Source: Octopus sinensis (lineage: Eukaryota). Taken from it: a stretch of 64,000 nucleotides of DNA. Each line of letters begins with the position of its first letter. Position 1 is the first letter of the stretch. Made by a program: the position numbers and the translations under genes. Shown here piece by piece: positions 13,725 to 25,440 of the stretch. The notes beneath the pieces were generated by a model, which did no database searches, was not told where the DNA came from, and saw only the letters and a list, made by a program, of their open reading frames with translations. Location: assembly GCF_006345805.1 (NCBI RefSeq), contig NC_043001.1, forward strand, positions 45,570,001-45,634,000, read 5' to 3'.

Positions 13725-14096
13725 TCTCTCTATATATAAAGCTGAAGTTGTCTGTGTGCGCCAGGTTTGGTAGCCTTCAACTAACACTATCTCCTCCGAG
13801 ACCCTGCGGCACAAGTTGACCAAAATTGAGAGTATGATAGAAGGGTTGCTCTTCCTTCCGTAGAAGATAAAATTCAAATTGGACCATGTTAACACCAAAA
13901 ATGTGCTTTTTCCTATGAAAATCCCTATTTTATACGATTTTTTCACTGCTGTGTCGCCACTTTTCGGTGTATTTCAACCAGAAAAATGTTTACTTGAAGA
14001 GAATAACAAGCTGCATAATGCAAAATTTTTACTTTTCAAAAATTCCAATTCCAGCGGGTCGAAACAAACCCGAGCAACGCCGGGCGATACTGCTAG
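13725..14096 (+). mobile_element. Non-autonomous Helitron-type element
   Basis: A|TCTCTCTATATATAAAG 5' start. The 3' hairpin cccgagcaacgccggg is followed by CTAG|T, i.e. inserted between A and T. Confidence 0.75.
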
Positions 14097-14384
14097 TATA
14101 TATATATATATATACACACACACATTCTTTTTTCCCTCTATACCCCAAAACTGAAATTCCTAGCAGCAGACTAGACCCATAGAGTTTCTTTTCCCCCTTA
14201 TGCTGTTTGTAGTATCACATGAATTATATTTGAAATGACTGTACTAAATGAATGGAAAGTTAAAAGATAAATGGCACACACACATACGATTATTCTTTTA
14301 ACTTTGTTTTTTTTCTCTTTATATGTGAAAAGTTAACAGAAAGATATGAAAGTTATATGTATATATAAATTATCTTTTCACAAA

Positions 14385-14545
14385 TACATAATTATCTGTT
14401 AACTTTAAATATATATGATTATTAACTTTACATATATAATTATCCGCTAATTTTATATAACTGTTAACTTTATATATACAATTATTTGTTAACTTTATAC
14501 ATACAATTATCAGTTAACTTTATACATACAATTATCAGTTAACTG
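14385..14545. repeat. ~25-bp minisatellite (gttaactttatacatacaattatca)
   Basis: Several imperfect tandem units are visible. Confidence 0.85.
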
Positions 14546-15039
14546 GCGATGTTTTTTATATATATATATATTATGGGAGAGGAATCAAATTTGGTAAATA
14601 ATTTAACTTTTCAACGATTCCAGGAATTTGTGCGTGTGCGCGTAAAGTTTTGGATTGTTATTTTTTCGTTTATACTCACAATATTACCAAATATTATCCT
14701 GGGTGAAATAACGATATAGCATTGCCCTGTATAAAGTAGGTTTCACTATCCCGTTTATTGAAGCCTTACCTCGCCCCTTTCTACATCGTTGTAAGAAAAT
14801 TGTCAGCCACAGGTGCTGGGAGGTTTCAAAAAAGTAAGTAGGGTAATGGAGACGAGATATATATTAGCAGCTACATTTGATAAATATGCTTTAACTCAGA
14901 CAAACCAATTCAACAATAAGTAACTACATTTGAAGCGAGTGGAGGTTTGTATTGATTTCTCAGGAATAAAGAAACAAGGTCGCCACTTTTGTTTTCTCTT
15001 TGTATAACGAAAGGAGGGAATAAAATTGATTGAAATTGT

Positions 15040-15720
15040 CAAAGTAATATTGCTGGTGGTTATAACTACTTCAATGCACGGGGTTTGGGGGTAAAATGCT
15101 TCTCAGAATGTAAAGGGTTAGCAAGAGTATATTTAGTGCATTACTTGTAATTCCATAGACACCCTGGTGGAATTTCCTCTCAGAATGTAGAATAGCGACA
15201 GTAATGATATTCAGTATATTACTGATCGTTATTTAATCTATTCACTACAATGCGATTCTTCTCAGAATATAGATAATCAACCATGTATTCACTGGTTATT
15301 TTATACCACCATAAAGGCGGCGAGCTGGCAGAAAAGTTAGCACGCCGGGCGAAATGCGTAGCCGTATTTCGTCTGTCGTTACGGTCTGAGTTCAAATTCC
15401 GCCGAGGTCGACTTTGCCTTTCATCCTTTCGGGGTCGATAAATAAAGTACCAGTTTCCAACTGGGGTCGATGTAATCGACTTAATCCCTTTGTCTGTCCT
15501 TGTTTGTCCCTTCTATGTTTAGCCCCTTGTGGGCAGTAAAGAAATATATTTTATACCACCACCTTCGTAGAATTTCCTCTCTAAATGTAGAAGGTTAATC
15601 AAGGTAAATATTGCTGGGGGTTACTTCACGAACTACTCGATGAAATTTCTTCAGAATGAAGAGGGTTAGTCATACTAATAATCAATATATGTTACTGATC
15701 GACTTCATCTACATCCAGAA
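15040..15720. repeat. Degenerate tandem repeat (gaaatttcctctcagaatgtagaagggtt... units), interrupted by a SINE
   Basis: ttctcagaatg-like motifs recur at ~15100, 15178, 15259, 15575 and 15648. Confidence 0.7.
15312..15546 (+). mobile_element. Young full-length tRNA-derived SINE (family B) with 15-bp TSD
   Basis: Head ggcggcgagctggcagaa..., B-box-like gagttcaaattcc, CpGs intact. TSD tattttataccacca at 15297-15311 and 15547-15561. Confidence 0.9.
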
Positions 15721-16499
15721 GAGATTTCAACTTGGAAAACAGGCAAAACACTAAATACAAATACTTGAGCATCTGAACAGAAATATCAATTTTGGTTTGG
15801 AAGAGGAGGAGACAGAAAAAAGTTTATTATTTTTGTTTCTTTTTGCTTTTCGCTTTTTAAAAAAAAAACAATCAAAATCGGTGAATTACTGATATTCATT
15901 CAGCTTCATAAGATAAACCGCAGAATAATGAAAGAAAACCAAAAAGAAAAAAGAACTTTTTTCCATTTTCGTTTTCTTTAAAAAACAGCACATAAATTGT
16001 TAGAAGCTTCTTTTATTTTACCTTGTTTCAAATGAAAAGTCTGTTTTGTTTTTCTTCTCTTAAAGAGAAATTAGAAGGAAAAGATTTGAATGATATAGAA
16101 AGTAAAATAAAATATATTAAAAGAAGTTTTACCTTAACTTTGGGCAAAAAAGAAAATAATTTCGGTCGTCGTTTGTTTTTTAGGGAGGTATCTCTCTCTC
16201 TTTTTCCAGTATATATATGAATGAATTTTCGAAAGAAGTAATCAACGTGGAAAACAACCCGGCAAAACTACAATAAACATGCTTCCCTTATCCCGCCATG
16301 AGCTGGACTAAACAGTGTCAACTAGGAGAAATGTTAGTTATGGTCGTCTGCATCAAACTTTTGTGTTCAGCAAGCAACTGGCCGAGCTTGTCTGCCTTAA
16401 TCAAAGCTAACCTTACCAGTGATATCTAATAACCAAATTTCATTCAATTTTGTTCTTCTTTTATTATCTTTTTCTTTCATTTTTCTCTTTTTTTAAAGC

Positions 16500-16952
16500 T
16501 TTATATTTATATTAAATTTATACTGATTCTTCTTTCAGTTTCCGACTCCCCTTTAGAGTCGCAAATCCCCAGGTGGTTGTTTTTGCAAAGCAATAATGAC
16601 AGAATTTAAAACAATTTTTTCAAAAAATCATCATTAAAATAACTTTTATTACGCAAACTTTAACAAACTGTCTGAAATGAAGAAAAAAGTTGCAAGGACT
16701 TTAGTGCAAGTTTGCGGAAGAATCAGGCGTATGAATACAAATCTCTGTGTATGTAATATGTGTGTGTTGCGGTAAAGTATTTTGCTTCCGGTATTCACAT
16801 GTCAACTTGTTCATCAGATTCTGAAATACTTAATACCTTGCATGTCTCTGAAGTTGAACCCATTATTTAGTTAATTTGTTTACCAATAAGACATTTGATT
16901 TATCTGTCTGCTTGAGGAACACATGATCATTAGTATACAATGGAAGAAGTGG
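16500..16952. promoter_or_regulatory. Candidate (possibly bidirectional) promoter inside a CpG-retaining block
   Basis: ETS-like motifs gcggaag (~16714) and cttccgg (~16784), with canonical short-intron signals facing outward on both strands. Inference only. Confidence 0.25.
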
Positions 16953-19900
16953 GTAAGTCGAGTCTTATCTAAATACAGTTTCAATTTTTTTCCTATCTAC
17001 ATAGTGTCTTTTGCTTCCATAGGTAACGATATCGGATTGATTATTACAAATATAATGATTTGACACAAGATTATCAATTTTAGGGAAAAGGTATAATAGT
17101 TTGAAATGACCTGGTATTTGACTCTTATTTAATCGAGGAGTAGATAAAAGATAAAGGCGATTTTGACAGAATGTGCCAGTAGTTAATAAAGATGTGTTGC
17201 ATCACCAAAGACATAGTCTTCGGTTTTACTTCTGCGATCTTCCTAGTAATAAATATCACTTGTCAGTTCCTTACGAACCCCTATTTAATAGTAATTAGAT
17301 ATCAAACGCTTATTTTTTTATTTCAATGCTATTATTTTTGTAGGTTTTATTTAGTCAGACTCAGAAAAAAAGATATTGCGATTGAGAGTTGTCAATCACC
17401 TCAGCTGGGGTTTTAAAGAATGATAAAAAAAAAAGAAATTAATTAATTAGTAGCTTTCGTTAAGATAAGGTAGGTGGCTAAACAAACCAGCATCCTTAAA
17501 TGACACGCCTTCTTTTAAAGAAAACGATTGTATTTCAAGGTAAAAGTGGTTGAAGAAAATAACAGGACATCAGCTGTATCGAAAACAATTCGTTCTATTA
17601 ACATTCTATGTTATGTTGTAACTTTCATTTTATGCTTTAAAAGAATATCTTTTCATTTTTAATTTCCTAATTTCGATCACATTAAGGGGGTTTTGATGTT
17701 GGTTTTGGTTTACTTATTTGTTAAATTTATTTTAAATCCTTATCCAGTCATACTTTACTATTGGCGGGAGATGATGTGAAATCCAAAATTACGAGTTCTT
17801 TTTTTTTTTCTTACTTCGTTTTTCTTCTTATCACATGGTGAAATACCAATTAGTTTCATTAATTATAGATTTGATTGAGAAGTTTATCACCTATTTTTTC
17901 AATGTATTAGTTTTCCGAAAGGGAAAACAAAAATGACACTCTCAGAGAATGTTGAAGATGAGTTAACAGTCGTGAATAGAGCACTACCGAATCCAAAAAT
18001 CAAGTCTTCAGCAACATTATAGATAGATAGATAGATAGATTTCAAATTCAGTCCTTTGAATAGTTTACCAAGTAAAACAGAAAATTAATGTATGATAGTC
18101 AATGCCTGTAATAGCAATCAATTTATCGTCATTCATTCATTCGTTCATTCATTTGAGAGAACTGCTAAAAAAAAAATGAAGCCGTTTCTAGCTTGTTCTT
18201 ATTCATTCAGAATTTATTGTAGCTTGAAAACTACACAGTATTTCTAATATCACCATATAATAACCGTGAGCCCAATAACAAAACTATATAATAATGAGGA
18301 TAATAAATTCGGGAATATTCTACCGAGGTGTTATTTCTACAAGTCTCCACCGGACTTTCGAACGAACCCTCCAAATTTCTTCATTCATCAAGTTCTTTCT
18401 TCCGTTTTCATTATTAGTTTTATTCATTATTTACATTGTGTTGTTTTTGAGGTTGTTGCTTAGTCCCAAGTGCACCTGTAACCAAATTTTCTCCAGTCAT
18501 GTCTTTATTCTTCAGACATATAGTGCCTATCACTACATTAACCATTATATGCACCCTTCTTTTTCTTAGGACGTTAGGATATGATTTTTTAAAAAGAGAT
18601 TTAGTGCCGTTTCTAACAGGTTTAGGGACCTTGTATTGTAGAAGCTCCCTCATTGGTTCGTGTGTGTGTGTGCGTGCGCGCTCGTGTACATTCTTTTTCA
18701 TGTTTTCCATGTAAAACCGTTTCTATCGTTTCAGTCATTTATTTTTCATAAGTATTGTTACGTGTTCTGTTTTACGCTCTCATTGCAATTAAAGAAATCC
18801 TTTACCTGGCATATCTCTGGAGTCGAGAAAATTAGATACCAGTCTTGCATTCAGATTCAAAATCTATATCTTTCTCTTAAAAATTTTCGAGACAATGGCA
18901 AGAAAGAATTTCGATTAAAAGAAGTATCTATCTAAACGGAGAGCACTGGATTATATATTTACTATCGAAACTGTAAATTCGAGAAGAAAACGCTTCTTTC
19001 TCGGACAAAGAAGTGAGACCGAAACGTTAAATTTCTCTTCTTCACAACAAACTAGTTTATCCCATTCAATGAATTATATTACATGATAAACTGTTTGGTT
19101 TCATCCCTCCATTGTCTGAGTTCAAATCCTGCTGGAATCGACTTTTTATTTCACTTCTAGGGCCAATCAAATAGGTAACAGTCCCGTGTACTAAATACCA
19201 ATTCAGTTAACTACGCTCACCTCTTGGGAATTAATGACGTGCCACTGTAAGGAATCCCTATTATCAGTTATTACCATTGAAGTAGGCATGAATGTCATAA
19301 CTTTTGGTTTATGTCGTCTGTTCTAATAAATCTGAAGTTTTATTGCTGCGTTAAAAATTATAAGAATTGATTCCCTATGGCTAAGACGAGTAATAATTAG
19401 TGAAAGACCTGAATATATTTCTGGTACGTTTAGTTCCAGGCAATCACTGACTGAGCAAGTGTGTTCCCGTATTTTTAAGAGTATCAGAGACTACGTTTTT
19501 CTAACACATCCTTCCTTTTTTTTAACAATTTCTAGCAGGTTTAGTGAACACGTAGAGATTTTAACCAAAATATAGAGAGGTCAAACTAAATACCATGTGA
19601 CATCTAATTTAACGCTGTTGTTTCTATCACTGCTCATTAAAACTTATGTAAGAAATAATGTTGAGCCACCAACCCTGATTCAGCAAGGATATTGATTGTC
19701 CTCTCTTTTTAGGCATAGGTAAGACTACAGTGTTATTTGCACATTTTCCTGGTTGCTATTTCTAGCAGATTGAGTAATCATATATTGGTTTCCTTGTCTG
19801 TTCATCATTATTATTGTTGATCCCTGTGCTGTCTTCCTTTGAACAGGAAGAGCAAGCAATATTTCTCTACCTGGTGCCATGAATAAACAATTCTATAAGG

Positions 19901-20117
19901 AACAACACTGAAAGACCACCACCTATGTGGCTAAGTTTTGATTTGAGTAATGAAGGATTGTATTTACTGTGGATTTGTTGAACAGTATGAGACAGGTAGG
20001 AATGGCCTTCACAAATGAGCCAAATGAGAAGAAAGGTGCAAGAAGATACCCTTGGCAGTTTAGGGTAATGTTAGGTCTGTGGGGTTCCTAGATTGGCTCT
20101 AGGTGGCTGTCCTTTTT

Positions 20118-20258
20118 ATAATAATAATAATAATAATTGTGTACAGTGCTCAGGTGCACTACAACTCATCTAAAGTGTATATATAATCAGGTGTAGTTTC
20201 GGCGGATTTCGGAAAGCATGAGGGCCTTAAAAGATGCAGTGTCATGGCAGTCAACATT
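20118..20258 (-). mobile_element. CR1 LINE 3' end, second copy
   Basis: Near-exact reverse complement of 11530-11670, including the (ATT)n tail. Confidence 0.9.
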
Positions 20259-20384
20259 GGGGCATCTCATTTCATTCCTTTTGTATATTTTGTTTTCAAT
20301 GTTTTCACAAGTCATCATGTACAGACTTCCTGCAATTAAAAAAAAATTCCTTATAATATCCCTCATTAATTATACTTTTAGCAA

Positions 20385-20730
20385 CAGTGAGCTGCTGGCA
20401 GAATCACTAGAACACTGGGGGAAAATGCATTACAATATTTCTGGTTTTTTCTTCACATTGAGTTCAGTTCCTTCCACTTCAGCTTTGCTTTTCATTCCTC
20501 TAGGGTCGATAAAATAAAATAGCAGTTAAGTGTCAAAAAACTGCCCTCAAAATTACTAACCTTGTTTCTAATGCCTAGCAGGATTTCTTTGGTTTTACGT
20601 TCTGAGGTCAACTTTGTCTTTCAACTTTTCAGAGTCAGTAGAATAAGTACCAGTAGAGTACTGTGGTCAATGTAATCAACTGCCCAGCTTTGTAAACAAT
20701 TTCAGGTCTTGGCCCTATAGTAAAAAGAAT
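20385..20730 (+). mobile_element. Degenerate family-B SINE copies (also ~19100, 26340, 36165, 58560 on +; ~12730, 25520, 53770, 55190, 58940 on -)
   Basis: tgagttcaaat...gactttgcctttcatcc...gataaaataagtaccag motifs shared with 15312. Confidence 0.65.
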
Positions 20731-21691
20731 TGTGACTAATTATTGTATGGATTGTTGCTGTATATATGTGATGTTTATATTTTCTGCTGCATTGCTTGGA
20801 ATTCTAAAACCTTAATAAATACAACCTTGATAGGGATCCCTAGATAACTACATAAATGATATATAAAAGTGTGTCTGTTTTTTATTATATTATGTATAAT
20901 AGATATGTGTGTGTATGTGTGATATATATGCATTTATAAGTGTATATGTTTATATGTATGCAAATATATATGTGGGTGTATATAAAATGGTGGTGCCCCA
21001 GCATGGCGACAGCTCATGAGCTTAAACTAGATGAAATTAAAAAAAAAAAAAATATGCATATGTATGTACATATATAGAATACATGCAGTCATATGTATAA
21101 TATGGGCATTAATCTGCATGTGCACATATGCATGCATATATACAAGTATATACATACATAAGTGTATGCATATATATATATATGCATTAGTCTTATAAAA
21201 AAAATTTGTTTCTAATCCCAAAATGATGTAATGTACCAAGGAATTTTTAAATTCAATATATGAGACTTTAACATTTTATCATTTTGTTAAGGCCCAAAAC
21301 AGTTAATAACTCTTCTTGTACACTATCACCATAGGTTAATTTCTTCCCTCTTATGAAACTGCGGACTGCCACATGCCTGCTCCAATTTTGTCTGTATGCA
21401 TATATATGTGAAAATCTTTACATATTGTATATCAAACACCTGAAAAGTAAAAGGAAATTTTGTCAGCATTTATATTTTACATCCACCTAAACACCACCAC
21501 TACCACTACTTCAAAAAAAATATGCAGTTTGTGTAAACAATTTTTATATCATCAGAAAATAAACTCAACAGAAACAAGTATAATAAATAGCATATCACTA
21601 AAGGTTTCATTTTGTTTTCCATATCATGTTTTTGTCTTTTGATAAGAACATTGATCTTATGTAATCTTTCAATGTACCTGATGATATATGC

Positions 21692-21865
21692 AGGCATGGC
21701 TGTGTGGTAAGAATTTTGCTTCCCAACCACATGGTTCTGGGTTCAATCCCACTGCATGGCACTTTGGGCAAGTGTCTTCTACTATAGCCTAAGGCTGACC
21801 AAAGCCTTATGATAGGATTTGGTAAATGGAAACTTAGCAGTTCGGCAAAAGAGACTGATAGAATA
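21692..21865 (+). mobile_element. SINE family A (tRNA-like head)
   Basis: A-box-like tggctgtgtggtaag and B-box-like ggttcaatccc. Related copies at 46905-47095, 59765-59975, 62652 (+) and 28228, 32905, 34395-34785, 38845 (-). Confidence 0.8.
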
Positions 21866-22019
21866 AAAGTATTGTTATAGTTACAATAAATGTATTATTA
21901 ATAACACTGAAAATATCAAAAATGAGTCTAATTTAATGTGGTAATAATTTTAATGAACTAAGTATTATAACATTGATGTGATACTTACTATATATCTACT
22001 TTTGCACACACCACCTGCA

Positions 22020-22072
<53 letters not shown>

Positions 22073-22179
22073 CTCTAACATTCTAAAAGTAAAATCATGT
22101 TTTACTACCAAATCATCTCACTAATTAATTAGAATTATAATTCTCACAAGTTCTCGTTATCAGATTTCATGTCATAAAC

Positions 22180-22690
22180 CTCCATTTTTGCATACATATA
22201 CTTTCATGTGTATAGACACTTACACATTCATACTTATATTAACAAGCTTTTTTGTGTACAGTACAGCACATGTATTTTGCACACATATGTACACAAGGAT
22301 ATACACACACACACACAAAACTATTATCACCTATTCACTTCATTGTATGCCTTCCACAGATCAGAAATTACTCAGACAGCCAATAATGCACTTAAATATA
22401 AATTATACCATACACACACTACATACATACCTGATATCACATATATACACACCATATTGCAATGCACTTGCACACATTCACACAAAGTTATATAACCTGA
22501 TACTACATTTGTAAACACTATATTTTCCATACTTAATATCATGACATGTTGACACAGATACAGTGTATTTATACACTGAATAGCACTACATTGCATTAAT
22601 ATACATACATATACAACACAACACACTCACAAACCTCATATTACACATACAGTGCATACTACAAACACACACATAGTGTGATATACATGC
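22180..22690. repeat. Low-complexity CA/TACA-rich tract
   Basis: Degenerate (CA)/(TACA) composition. Confidence 0.7.
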
Positions 22691-23262
22691 ATACAGGGGA
22701 AAATATTGAATACTTTTGACATCTTTATCATATGAATGGTTATAATTAAATAAGAGCAGCACACATCACTTCTATAACCAACCCTATCCACTACCTTGAC
22801 ACCTCCCCCACCTCAGCTGATATCGTTTCCAATATTGGAATGATAATACGAAGCTTAGACATATGACCGTGAATAACACGAACGAAGATGTAGCATCTGA
22901 ATAACATTTTTAGGTATTCTGCAAAAAAAAAATATTTTAAAAATAACATTAAGAAAAAAAGTAACTGAAAATGTAACTTCAAAAACAAAGATAATTTTAA
23001 AATGGTTGCCTAGAAATGTCTAGTTTACATGTTTTTAATTGTTTTTTTTTAATTTTATTTTACATAATAAGCAATTTCTACTGAGATATATATTTTTAAA
23101 TAACCAATTTCCAGAAACAAGGAATCATACCTTATTTTGTAAAGTAAATATTTTTTTTTTAAATGAAAATGTAGCACAAACATACTATCTTAAAGGTATC
23201 CAGAGTGACAATCACCTGACACACAGTGTATCATTGTGGAAGCAGGTTTCTCATTGATTTAA

Positions 23263-23482
23263 CCCTTTAGCATTCAGATCACTCTGTCAAGTGTAATACT
23301 TATTCCTTCACATTGATTTGAATTAGTCATGCATTATCTTGTAGTCTTGAAATTTTAATGACGTGAGTAATTATTTTTGGAATAATATTGAAGGGTAAGT
23401 GTGAGAGGCCAGATTTGGTCAGTTTGAACATAAAACACATAGAATGTTTTGGCCAGATATAACCAGGTTAAATGCTAAAGGA
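23263..23482. mobile_element. TTAA-flanked (piggyBac-type) MITE
   Basis: TTAA|ccctttagcatt ... aatgctaaagga|TTAA. Confidence 0.8.
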
Positions 23483-23639
23483 TTAAATAGTTTGTCTGGA
23501 AACTAGTGGGAATAAGTACTATAGAGACCAGTATATTGATTTTAAGCTCAGGGGCCAATAATTCTGCTAAGATGGCTCTAATGTAATCATTTTTTTTGTT
23601 GATGAGGGAGACAATTATCCCATGTAGTGTTTTATTGGC

Positions 23640-24640
23640 AGTTTTGTCATTTATATTGAATACAAATATTTGCCAGATTTTTTATTGTTATTTCCTTGTT
23701 TAGTAGTTTGATGCTGAGTTTTACATTGGTAGTGTGTGGTTTTGGTATAATTTGAGATTTTCTGATGTTCATGAGGTTTGCTACTTCTGGTTTGTAATTA
23801 AGGTTGCTTTTTTTAATGTATAACGAGAAAACTTTTTTAGATGTTATTGTTTCTAAATCTCTCAATGAGAGACATTCAATAACAGTACTCTAAATAATCT
23901 TTATTTTTTTTAAATGTGTCTATAATTATTTTGTTGAAAGTCTGTGCTGTGCTTGGGTTGATGATATTTTTATTACTGAATTCTGAAAACTTTGATTCCG
24001 TTTCTTGGCGGAACTTACTCTGTTATTTTCTTATACTTTTTTTTATTGATGTGGTCCAAGGGAAGTTTAAAGAATTGTTTACCAAGTAGTGGTGGTATTT
24101 AGGTGTTTGAATCAGAAAGCGATATCTGGAGAAAAATTATTATAGTGAATTTGGAGAGATATGTGTATGTTGGTGTGGATTGTTTCTGATGAGTTTATTA
24201 TCTGTATTATTTAAAAACCAGGCAATGTTGAGTGCCTTGAAGTTTTCCCAATGATTGTGTTTGTATATCAAGGTTTTGATTTGAGGTGTGTAACCTAGTC
24301 AGAGGGTTAAAGTAAGTGGTAGTAGTGCCCTTTGTATTGTTGACTTTGTCTTGGAAAGTCTGTATTTAGTACAATTTTGTTTATTATTTTACAAAAGCAA
24401 AGTTTTATGTTTTTATAATACCACTTTTCTTAGTAAATGGAGCTGTCTAGTTTGATCTGAATATAATATGGAATGAATGTTCTGTGCTCTAAAAGTTAAA
24501 ATATTTCTTGAATTGTTGCTACATAAAACCTGGGATTCGTGATTAAATATTGTTGTTCCATAAAAGTGTTTTTAATACCATTAGTGTTATGTTGCAGAAT
24601 TTTTAGGTTTTTGTGATATTTTTACAAACATTTTTGTGTG
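23640..24640 (-). mobile_element. Highly decayed retroelement, possibly Penelope-like
   Basis: A/C-rich minus strand with fragmentary RT-thumb-like peptides and many stops. The family assignment is weak. Confidence 0.25.
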
Positions 24641-24819
24641 AAGCTTTTATTTTTAAGGTATGCACAAATTTACGACATTGGGAAAGGAAATAACAATGGT
24701 ACTCCCTATTTTTGTTATTGTTGTTGCTATCAGTTTTATTTTTTCTGTATAGTCGTGTATTTTTATGGATTATATATCAATATTGTTGTTTGGTGGATGG
24801 TGTTCTTACTGTGGATATG

Positions 24820-25440
24820 ACTTTAAACTGCATCCATTAGTGGAACCCTGGTCCAGGAATACCAAGGAAGGTTGTAAGACCACCTCTTAAGCACAGTTGT
24901 TCTCAGACCTACTCTGATCCAAAGTAGTCAAGATTCCAGCTATGGGTTAATTAGCATGTCACTTGGACAGATGGAGTTCATTAGTATGGGAAAAGGGAGC
25001 AACCCATCAAGAGGAAGACTCTTATTGCAAACCTTTGCTGCCTTGTAACCATACCCAGCCATGGGAAAGGCTTTGGGAGTAAATCCTGAAGAAAAATTGA
25101 GAGTTGGGGCCCCCTGAGACAGTTTGACATTGCCTACAACCTCATTCAGGCAACTCCTACAATGACACTGATGCCAAATTGTAATGGCTGTGCTGTTCCT
25201 TCGGAGCCATCATTGACGTGAATAGTGGGGGACATGCTGCATTGGCAACAACTTATCCTCCATACAGTACTACATAGGCTTGGATTCTATTGAATACCCG
25301 ATACTAGAAAGATGGAAAAGGACACAACAACTCAAGTGCAGCTTGTGTGGCAGAGACTAACCATTTGTGCACCAGACTGTTCAGCCACAGACTATGCAGT
25401 TCCAGTGGAACAGGCAACTAAGGTCTTCATCCATGGTCAT
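24820..25440 (+). mobile_element. Probable 5' UTR region of an RTE-like LINE
   Basis: GC-richer block with ggaaaaggctttgggagtaaatcctga and caacctcattcaggcaactcct, recalled as RTE-type leader sequence. Not verified by alignment. Confidence 0.4.

Noticed and set aside
15040-15720. Regularly recurring motif that could be mistaken for a CRISPR array
   Set aside because: The units are degenerate with related spacers, there are no cas genes, and the context is eukaryotic. It is a decayed minisatellite.
18294-18569. 91-aa ORF with a hydrophobic stretch resembling a type II membrane protein
   Set aside because: There is no good splice donor before the stop, and F/L/I-rich runs are expected from T-rich DNA. 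It is kept only as an alternative to the 18499 start.
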